DNA of 62,981 bases, counting the filler, from Octopus bimaculoides (lineage: Eukaryota): NCBI RefSeq assembly GCF_001194135.2. It is 6 parts of 6 records of this genome, joined end to end, with 100 filler letters (N's around TTAATTAATTAA, not from the genome) between each part and the next. Parts side by side here need not be neighbours in the genome. Positions count along the whole stretch, not along the records: positions 26,613 to 54,957 come from NC_068984.1; positions 55,058 to 56,512 come from NW_026296748.1; positions 56,613 to 58,012 come from NW_026394253.1; positions 58,113 to 60,822 come from NC_068996.1; positions 60,923 to 62,981 come from NC_068988.1; 1 more part is not named here. One strand, given 5' to 3'. The notes under the pieces are model-generated. The model was not told the DNA's origin. It searched no databases and saw only the letters and a program-made list of their open reading frames with translations. Made by a program: the position numbers and the translations under genes. This document shows positions 53,801 to 62,981 of this stretch, piece after piece (positions within the stretch are counted from its first letter, which is position 1; every line of letters begins with the position of its first letter).

Positions 53801-55287
53801 GATGTGTGTATGTATATATATATATATGTATTTATATATATGTTGTTGGATGTCTTGTTGCTTCAACAAATGAGGGTTAAGCAGAATACAGGCGCACGGT
53901 TCAATATTTTGCCATGTTGCATCAAGAGGGAATTCAGGCCTAAATGTAATTTGAAGACATTGGAGTAGTGGCCACCATCATTTGGTGGTAGCTTGCACCT
54001 GCTCTATGTTGCGTTTTTTCCTCATTTAGGGTGTTGATCCTTGCTTCTGCACAGTTTCCCTCTACCATATTCACTCACAAGGCATTGGTTAGCTCAGAGT
54101 TATAGTAGAAGACACTTGCCCAAGGTGGCATGCAGTAGGAATGCACCTGAAATACATGGTTGGGAAGCAGACCTCTTAACCATACAACTAACATCCTAAA
54201 ACCAAAAGTTACATACTGACCCTTAAGAACCTTAAAGAATTAATGAAATACCATTTACATGTATTGGAATGGTTTACTGTCTCTACAGTTCTTTCAATTC
54301 CAACACTTCATATATAAACTGAAACACTTATGGTAAAATAGATATTACAGTCCCTTCGCTTTTGTGAGGGAAGGAAAAGGAAAAGGAAAATACCACCTTC
54401 CTCCAAGTATAGTAGTGAAGAGAATTGAAGACATATATATATATAAAAGGCAGAATATATTTATAGAATTAAGGGTAATGCTATTGCTACATCAGAGTAA
54501 TCCTTAATTTTAATATTGAAAATACACACACACACACCCACACACATACACATATATATATATTGTCAGTAGTTCATATATCCAAAAAAGAAGTGCAATC
54601 TAAAATGTTAGAGCAATAATAATATTTTCCAGTAGGTTGTTTGTTAGAGCTGGTCAGAGAGCAACCAGTGGTTTTCAACCTATAAACTGTATAATAAAGT
54701 TTTCAGATTCAAATGACCACAGGTCATGTGCTTCTGGACAGTTCAGTCTGACAAGTCACCCATACAGCTAAGTGCTTTACAGATGCAAAACTAATGGTCA
54801 CTCTCTGACTGACCATAACAGCCAACCTTCTAATATATGTATATAGGTATGTACATATATATATATATATATGTATATATTTATGTATATATATGTATCT
54901 ATATGAATATATATGTATATGCATATATATATATATATATGTATATATTTATGTATANNNNNNNNNNNNNNNNNNNNNNNNNNNNNNNNNNNNNNNNNNN
55001 NTTAATTAATTAANNNNNNNNNNNNNNNNNNNNNNNNNNNNNNNNNNNNNNNNNNNNGCCAAGCAGAAATTGAAGTAGATAGTGAATATGCTCCGGAATA
55101 ATCATTTTTAAATGGTTTTGTTAAATGTTGTTTTTTGTTGAATAGAATTTATTGAAAAAAAAAAGTTGCAATAATTATGTACCAAACTAATATATATATA
55201 TATATATATACATTACATACATTCATAAACAAATGTGTACTATAATTGAACAATAATTGCCATCATCATTATCATTGTTTTACTTAC

Positions 55288-55374
55288 CAATGATCGGGAT
55301 ATTCTGATGGTATCTTGGTATAACGCTGTTAATTTCATTGATTTCCATGAGACACAGCGCTACAGTGGCGATTC
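55288..55374 (-). CDS. Cys-loop (nAChR-like) subunit exon: M2 helix and M2-M3 loop
   Basis: Acceptor ctctctttcctag| and donor G|gtaagt; 87 nt, phase 1-1. Reads (G)IATVALCLMEINEINSVIPRYHQNIPII(G), which aligns without gaps to alpha7 [30 protein letters not shown]. Confidence 0.85.
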
Positions 55375-55814
55375 CTAGGAAAGAGAGAGAGGGAGGGATA
55401 GAGAAACAACGACATAATTAAGAGAAACATAGACGTAGAAAGAGAGAGAGATAGGGGGGAGCGAGAGAGAGAGAGAGAGAGACGGGGAGCGGGAGAGACA
55501 GACAGGGAGAGAGATAATCTGAGGGATTAGAGAGGAAGTGGAGACCGAGACGTTGTGAGAGCCAGAGAGAGAGAGAGAGAGAGAGAGAGAGTTATAGGAT
55601 GATGAAACATGATAATTATAGGAATTGTGGGATACACATAATAGAAATAGAAATATGTTTCCGTAAATTTAATTGACATGCATGAATGTATTGTCAGGTT
55701 ATACACATAGAAATATATATAGCTACTTTATATACACGAAAGTGTGTATATATATATATATAATCTCCGCGTAAATGCATATAATGTATAAACCCATAAA
55801 TGTATGTATGTATG

Positions 55815-55869
<55 letters not shown>

Positions 55870-55993
55870 ATATATGTATGTATGTATAAATATACATGTG
55901 TGTGTACGTGTGTGTCATGTGTGGGTATATGTGCGAGATTGTGAATTAAATTTAGCGCATAGAAATCTCATTGCAACGCGCATTCCTACATAC

Positions 55994-56177
55994 CTAATAT
56001 GATACGCTCTTTAGAGTCTGGAGGTAAGAAAAACAAAAACGGAACCAAGGCGCTGATGAGTATGGCCGGGAAAATGAGCACGTGACTGAAATACGTCGTT
56101 GACTTCCGGCGTAAAACGAATGTGACGGTGTAATCCGGAAAAAACTGGTCACAACAGGGGTACGTTTTGATGTTTAT
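55994..56177 (-). CDS. Cys-loop (nAChR alpha-like) subunit exon: loop C, pre-M1, M1 and start of M2
   Basis: Acceptor ttctttctccattttgtcacag| and donor G|gtatgt; 184 nt, phase 0 to 1. Reads INIKTYPCCDQFFPDYTVTFVLRRKSTTYFSHVLIFPAILISALVPFLFFLPPDSKERIIL(G), showing YxCC, the RR pre-M1, the M1 proline and LPPDSxER. Confidence 0.92.
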
Positions 56178-56407
56178 CTGTGACAAAATGGAGAAAGAAG
56201 TGCTGACAACATGGAAAGGAAATATCGTTAAAAGCATAATCGTACAAACATGACCGTGTGTTTAAGAAGTTCATTTTGCAACAACCTCGGTTCAGTTTTT
56301 GTCCCGACTCCGTGGCACACTTGGCCAAATCTCTTTCTCTATAGTCCCCGGATTTCGTAATGAGATAATAAACCAAGGGTGTGTATAATATAGAACATTT
56401 ATAAATA

Positions 56408-56456
56408 GGTCTTACATCTGTTTCCAGGATATTTATTATATCCCTTCATCAGAGAC
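56408..56456 (-). ncRNA. Minimal type I hammerhead motif in the receptor intron, sense orientation
   Basis: gtct-CTGATGA-agggatat aataa atatcctg-GAAA-c agat g-TA-agac. Stem I (gtct/agac) is intact; stem II has an A.G closing mismatch; the loop AGAT is no longer palindromic. Confidence 0.65.
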
Positions 56457-56866
56457 GGTGTGTATCCACAGCACTTACTCAGCATTACCTGAAACCTCTG
56501 GGTCTAATTGACNNNNNNNNNNNNNNNNNNNNNNNNNNNNNNNNNNNNNNNNNNNNTTAATTAATTAANNNNNNNNNNNNNNNNNNNNNNNNNNNNNNNN
56601 NNNNNNNNNNNNATTTGCGAGGGCTAAACAGGCTTCTTTAACCAGCTAGCAAGCTACTTCAGTCTCGTCGTGATACTTAGAATTGCTTCTACCTAATTTA
56701 GTGAGTTGTTTCTGTCCTTTTTGTTGCTGTTTAATGTGATTTTTGTCGAATTTTAACTGCTGTTCCTGTCGAATTGCGCTCTGCGGGGCAAAAATTTTCT
56801 TTTTTGCTGCTCTCTTTTAGAGAGATAGCAAACTACTATTGTGTGAAAGAAAAATTATATTTCAAT

Positions 56867-57780
56867 ATGGATAACGAAATGGCATTTCTACTGTGTGACG
56901 AGGACTTCCCTCTTTTACAAGAAGAAATTATTTTTGATAATACGCATGTATTTCAAGTAAACCCAGAAGTAACCAAGGAAGAGAAAAAGGTCAGCAGCCT
57001 TTCTTCCGCTGTAGGCGGACAATTTGAAGCAATGGAGGTGATACCCGAACAGTGGTACAATTATAGAAACCTGATAAGGAAAACGGACGACGTAACAAGG
57101 TTAATACCGCCAAAGGAAACTATCCAAGAGTTGGCGGTAAGAACCGTTATTTACAAAGTATACAACTGCAAGGAAAGGCGCATCATGATGATGAAAACGG
57201 ATGCAATAGAAAAGTGTCTTGCCCCTGTGTGGGAAAAAATAAGATATGTTGGTAGAGGGCCTCGAAACGCTACAGTAGAGGCCCAATTCGAATCCGCAGA
57301 AATAGCGAAAGAAGTATTGACACAAACGCTGAAAACTGAAGAGGTAATGCTCTTACCCACATACCTTGGCCGGAGAACTGCGAAAATCACAATAGAAGAT
57401 ATTCCATCCGGGTATGACGTAAACTGGTTGGTAGAAGCTTTAATTTACGACGTGGAGGATCAGGTGGAAGTACTTACAATGAGAAGAAGGAACGCACTCA
57501 TTTGGAAGGGGCAGGTGCTTGAGCTTATAGTTCTAGCGTCAAACAATATCCTCGAGACCAGACCAGACAGGATTTTTATAGGGGAGGGTCTCAAGAGTGT
57601 CGGTGGAGGGACGGAGGCCCAGATGTTTTAAATGTGGTGAAAAGGGCCATGTGCGTTCCGAATGTGTGAAAATAAAAAAACCTAACCAAAAAAAAGAAGA
57701 AGTCCCTCCCCAAAGGGAGAAAGAAATACCTAAGAAAACAGAACTTAAAAAAGACGTCAAACAAGGTAAATCGAAATAGA
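56867..57780 (+). mobile_element. LINE (Tx1/L1-like) ORF1 with CCHC zinc knuckle and one frameshift
   Basis: Long open frame to about 57595, then a shifted frame SVEGRRPRCFKCGEKGHVRSEC and a Lys-rich tail. Homologous to the 17.6-18.0 kb ORF1. Confidence 0.8.
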
Positions 57781-58133
57781 AAAAGGAAAAAGTGAGGAAG
57801 AAGCGGAGTTTGAAGTTGCTAAAAACAAAAGGAAAAAACCTATTGGCCCAGACTCCCCTCCCCCTACAAAAAAAAAGAAAAAATGCAAAACACACAAAAA
57901 ATAATACCTTCGTCCACTCCCAAATTGAAACCCACTCCTAAACCCCCGCAAAAAAGAATTGTTTTCGTACACCATCAAAAATGAAGTGTTACATGGATTA
58001 ATAACAAAAAAANNNNNNNNNNNNNNNNNNNNNNNNNNNNNNNNNNNNNNNNNNNNTTAATTAATTAANNNNNNNNNNNNNNNNNNNNNNNNNNNNNNNN
58101 NNNNNNNNNNNNCCTATCAGTGAACTTTGTCTT

Positions 58134-59820
58134 TGTGCAATTTACTTGGGAAAATATGCGCTCTACGCACGCTGATGAATGAGGTAACACCGTTAAATTA
58201 GTTATGAATTGTAACAGCCTCTCAAATTTAGAGTGGTCAAGCCCGCCTTTATGATTGCGTATGGAATACCAGAATTCAGGGATGCTTTTTGGGGAAACGG
58301 GAATATCTTTATATTGCCGAAATAATCGCCACTCATCGTCTAGTTCATCAAGTGTGTTTTCTGTTGCAATTGCTGGAAAGTTTGATGCCAAGGGAATTAT
58401 CGACTGAGGAGAGTTAGTGAGATCGTGCGCTACTTTTAGATCAAGTATTCCTAAGAGGGCAAAAACTCCAGCTTCATCGAGAAGAAAGTGCATTTTTATT
58501 TGATAGCATAATTCTATTAAAAAATTTTGCAATCAGTTTAGAATCTAGATGAGTTACCAACGATGAGTTTTTTTCTAGATATCCCATTGCACGTCCAGCG
58601 AGGTAAATATCACTGATATCTTTGTGATTTGTTGTGCTATAAAGATCATTATCTGATAATTTAGATACAACTAAAACATCCTCTTTTATAAAGTGACTAA
58701 GGATACTTTTATATTCACTGGATACGAGTGTAAGCAGCAGATGCAGTCGAAAGTGTTCCGATTGAAACTCGGCATTAAGAGCATTTACTTTCTTTAATAT
58801 ATAATGTAAAAAGTGCAGCATGTGCTTCGTCCCTTTGTTAATCATTGTTTCATAGATCCTTTTTGCTCCGTCCACTTTTTCTACTTTAGCCTCTGACTGA
58901 AAATAAAGTACAAGGGCATCCCACTGTTCTGTTATAACGTTAATTACATTTTCACACGACAACCATCTAGTTTGCAAAAATTTTGGAATCTTGTTTTCTT
59001 TTGTGCCAACAACACCTTGTATCATATCAAAGTCATCTTGACGTTTGCTACTTCGAGAAAGGTAAGAAGTTAAGTCCTTTAAAAAGGACTCGAAATACGA
59101 AGGTAACACCCTCACTGCATGACTTGAACAAAGTGCAAACGAATGGCAAACACAGCCTATTATAAATACAGTCGGAATATCGTTTCTCAATAACTTTTGA
59201 AACCCGTTCTTGTTACCATCATTGTTGAGCAATTATTTCTGGGAAATCCAAGTACGTTGCTCATAGATACATCTTCTTTTCTAACCGTAGACTTGACAGC
59301 CTCGTAAAAACCCTGAGACAAACCTTTTTCTACTACAATTGCATCCAAAAGAGCATCCTTAACATTAATCGATTGTTCATCAAAAAAGCGAACGACTATT
59401 GCTAAGATTTGTGTCACTGAGATGTCCGTACTCTCATCCATAAATAATGAAAACTTTCGTTTCTTGAGAATTTCCAAGATTTCATTTCGTTCATAATGTG
59501 CAATTCCGTCTTGCATAATGTATGTTAATTTTGTTTTTCTTTCATTTGTAGATTTTTAGCTATTTTACTATTGAGAAAGGCTATTTTACAAATTTCAGCT
59601 AAGTGATTTACATGGATGAAAAAGGTATGTGATGTTCAGCAACATAACCTGTTAGCAGCAAGTCTGCTATTCTTCATTTAATGTATCATCTGTTGTTTTT
59701 TTTAACAATAAATGAATCTGGTTTAATAGCAGATTTCGCACAATCAAAAACTTTATTGTGTTTGGCAGTGTTTTTATGAGCTATCTGCATTGATTTGTTA
59801 CCACTTTTCAACACAACGTT
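58134..59820 (-). pseudogene. hAT transposase, frameshifted and 5'-interrupted
   Basis: FSLFMDESTDISVTQILAIVVRFFD, GCVCHSFAL (CxxH), TRWLS, and LPHSSACVERIFSQVN (hAT dimerisation domain), in three successive ORF pieces. Confidence 0.9.
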
Positions 59821-60822
59821 GCAACAAACGCAGTAGCAGGTGTCGTTGGCTACGTTGAGGCCCAAATATTTTCAAGGTCTACTGGTCCCACCCTCGAACT
59901 ATACCGTCGTTATACAGATGACTGTATCGGCGTGACTTCGCCCTCCCGAAAACAACTAGACTCCTCCCTCTCTCTTATCCAATCCTTCCTTCCTACTCTC
60001 GAATTTTCCTGCACTATTTCCAACACTTCCATCGCCTGTGTCGACATTTCGGTCAACATACACAGCTCCGCTCTCACTACCTCCATCAACTACAAACACA
60101 CCGACTCACAGTCATATCTCAACTTCTCCTACCCTATCCACACCAAGCTCTCCATCCCCTACTCCTAAATCCTCCGTCTGTGTAGGCTCCGCCGTGAAAG
60201 CCATGACTTTCAGACCCAGTCTCAACTCATGGCTCGCCACTTTATCCTTCGTGGATATCCCCTCAACACTATCCACACAGCCGTTGCCAGAGCGCGTTCC
60301 GTGGACTGTGCCTCTGCTCTCTCTCTCCCTGCACCCGCCTCGCTGTTGAACGTCTCCCGTTTCCTTCATCTACCACTCCTACACCCTAATCCTCCAACAC
60401 ATCAGTCTCCGGGCCATGCGGCGACTCCAGATCGACCACTGCACATTGCAATCTTCCACAACCTACCCTTTCCCTCCTTCAAACGAGCCTGCAATCTACA
60501 TGACCTCCTGGTTCACTGTTTCTTCCCTAACCCCACCTCCCAGCCTGGCTCATTCTTCTATTCCTGACCAGGCTGCCGCACTTGCTCTCCAACACCAACA
60601 TCCTCACAGGCACCCATAATCGTTCCTATCATATCACCGACTCCTTTACCTGCAATTCTAGCAACGTCATTTACTGCATCTCCTAGTCTTTCTGCCCTTC
60701 TCTGTACATTGGTCAAACGGGACGCTGCTTGGCTGACCGCTTCGCGGAGCACCTCCGAGAAATATGACTCGGCAATGACACCCCGGTCTCGCGTCATTTT
60801 CGCTCTACCAGTCATCATTACA
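59821..60822 (+). mobile_element. Penelope-like retroelement fragment (RT C-terminus plus GIY-YIG endonuclease)
   Basis: LYRRYTDDCIG (YxDD), YKHTDSQSYLNF, SIPYS*ILRLCRL, RGYP, then TCNSSNVIYCI...LYIGQTGRCLADRFAEHLR. Confidence 0.92.
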
Positions 60823-61025
60823 NNNNNNNNNNNNNNNNNNNNNNNNNNNNNNNNNNNNNNNNNNNNTTAATTAATTAANNNNNNNNNNNNNNNNNNNNNN
60901 NNNNNNNNNNNNNNNNNNNNNNCTGTATACTCTACAAATAAATATTGAGAAATTCTTCACTTTAATGTTAAATTATTATTATTTTATTACAAATCGTCAT
61001 AAAAACAGAGACACGCGGATGTATA

Positions 61026-61403
61026 CTCTTTTACTCGTTTCAGTCATTTGACTGTGGCCATGCTGGAGCACCGTCTTTGGTCGAGCAAATTCTTTGTAAG
61101 CCTAGTACTTATTCTAACGGTCTCTTTTGCCGAACAGCTAGGTTACGGGGACATAAGCACACCAGCATCGGTTGTCAAGCAATGCTAGGGGGACAAACAC
61201 AGACACACAAACACACACACACATATATATATATATACAACGGGCCTCTTTCAGTTTCCGTCTACCAAATCCACTCACAAGGCTTTGGTCGGCCCGAAGC
61301 TATAGTAGAAGACACTTGCACAAGGTGCCACGCAGTGGGATTGAACCCAGAACCATGTGGCTGGTAAGCAAGCTACTTACCACACAGCCACTCCTACGCC
61401 TAT
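61026..61403 (-). mobile_element. Composite SINE copy
   Basis: Reverse complement of the 30286-30685 modules. Confidence 0.9.
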
Positions 61404-61759
61404 CAAACATTATTGCATGTATGCATTTTAATATCTACATGTATGGAGAAAGAAATGTTTTGAAATGAGGCAACGCGAAGCTCAGAGGAAACCCAGCACT
61501 TCCTGTCTTATATTTATTCTACTTAAGACGGCGAACAAGCAGAAAATGTTTCATGGCATTTCCTCCAATCCTCTACGTTATAAATACAACTACCGCCGAG
61601 GTCGATTTTTGTGTTTCATCCTTTCGGGGTCGACAATATAAGCACTCGCTAAGTCCTGGTATCTATGTAATTCCTCATAAAATTGTTTACTTTCTCCCCA
61701 AATTTGAAAGAATCATTAAACTCTATGTATTAACTCCCATCTCCTTACGTTTATTATTA

Positions 61760-61910
61760 ACAAGTACATACATATTCATTCCATCGATTCAGCCATCTTC
61801 TCCGCCTTCTATTCCTGGGAGAGTTGTTGGGGTAGAGTCCTAACGCACCTCCTCCATAAGGTCTTATCATAAGCAACAGCCATGGGATTTTCCAGCTGGG
61901 TTCCCAAGCG
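61760..61910 (-). mobile_element. RTE-like LINE 3' end
   Basis: TQLENPMAVAYDKTLWRRCVR...QE* followed by a gaatgaat-like tail. Confidence 0.5.
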
Positions 61911-62320
61911 TAACTAACAAACTATAAATATTTACCAACCATACATGCATATTTATACGCATAATTTGTTTTATTATTTACATGTCTCGTTTGTAATACA
62001 TATTTAATCGCCCCAAAATTGATTTGTTTTTCTTCAATGAGGCCTTTGCTATACTTTGCACGACGAAATATTCTCTTTATATTTACGAAATATATATCCT
62101 TATTACTGTTAATAATAATCACCTGGAATGCGTAAGGAGTATATAGTTATTTTTACAACGGTTTGTCTCGCCACAGTCTGGTTCTTTTTTCTGGCAACAC
62201 TTGGATGCACAAAACTAACGAATAGATTTCTATCTCTGCGACAACAGTTTGGTGTGCATGTGCAATTTATCTATAGATTTTCGCCAAAAATGCGAATTTG
62301 TTTCCAATATATAAAATGAA

Positions 62321-62510
62321 AGGCGGCTAACTGGCAGAAACTTTAGCACGCCGGGTGAAATGCTTCGCAGTATTTTCCATTTTCCCCTCTCCTCTTGTTT
62401 ACGTCCTTTCGGTATCTATAAATTAAGTACCAGTTGTGTACTAGGGTCAACAAATCGACTGCCCCCCCCCCCAAAAAAAAATTTCGGGCCTTGTACCCAG
62501 AGTACAAAAG
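62321..62510 (+). mobile_element. SINE copy (ggcggc..ctggcagaa family)
   Basis: ggcggctaactggcagaaactttagcacgccgggtgaaatgc...ggccttgtacc. Confidence 0.8.
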
Positions 62511-62683
62511 ATTAAAGTGCATACAAACACTCAGTCATATGTGCTTTCACGCATGCTTATATAAATGTATAAATATTTGTTGTATGTACACACGCGCACG
62601 CACACTTCTCTGTTGCTATGGGCCAATATATGCTAGTATATCAGCTGTTTTCGTGTTGATGAGGTTGGTTAATGCGTGTGACG

Positions 62684-62714
<31 letters not shown>

Positions 62715-62981
62715 AGACACAGACACACACACGCACACACACACACACAGGTGCGGGAGTGGCTATGTAAAAAAATTGTTCTCCAATCGCATAGTCCCAG
62801 GTTCAGTCCACTGTGTGACACCTTCCGCAGGTGTTTTCTGCTGTAGCCTCTAGCCAACGAAAGCCTTGTGTGTGGATCTGGTCGACAGAAACTGAAAGAA
62901 GCCTGTCGCAATTATCCCCACTTCACACAAATTTTAGGTGTAGAAATTAAGATATGTTTAAAAGTAACAAACGTTAAACTT

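Noticed and set aside
56149-56376. 75-aa Cys-rich minus ORF overlapping the receptor exon
   Set aside because: Intronic, out of frame with the real exon, and stops inside it; only its PCC..FF segment is kept as a low-interest finding.

Overview
AT-rich animal genomic DNA full of gaps, microsatellites and SINEs. The SINE families and repeat landscape point to an octopod, probably Octopus bimaculoides (inference). Five artificial 100-nt spacers (N44-TTAATTAATTAA-N44) split the window into separately assembled blocks, so adjacency across them is uncertain. None of the real genes shows up as a clean ORF-track entry; I reconstructed them from splice sites and reading phase. (1) The 3' part of Mef2 on +: an internal exon at 32144-32258, the terminal coding exon at ~42080-42248 (ends KRSRIDGWAT*), and a candidate 48-nt cassette exon at 28608-28655. 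(2) A convergent, unidentified minus-strand gene with up to three exons (51502->46835). (3) Two consecutive exons (56177-55994 and 55374-55288, minus) of a nicotinic-receptor-like Cys-loop subunit. It keeps the alpha-type YxCC loop C but has a strongly atypical pore helix (9' Ala, 14' Glu, 16' Asn, 17' Glu); this is the most novel signal. The rest is transposon-derived: Helitron, a Tc1 element with ~340-bp TIRs, Penelope-like elements with minimal hammerhead ribozyme relics, Tx1/L1-like LINEs, R4/Dong-like and RTE fragments, a hAT transposase, MITEs, and a head-to-tail SINE array. All alignments, translations and counts were done by eye.
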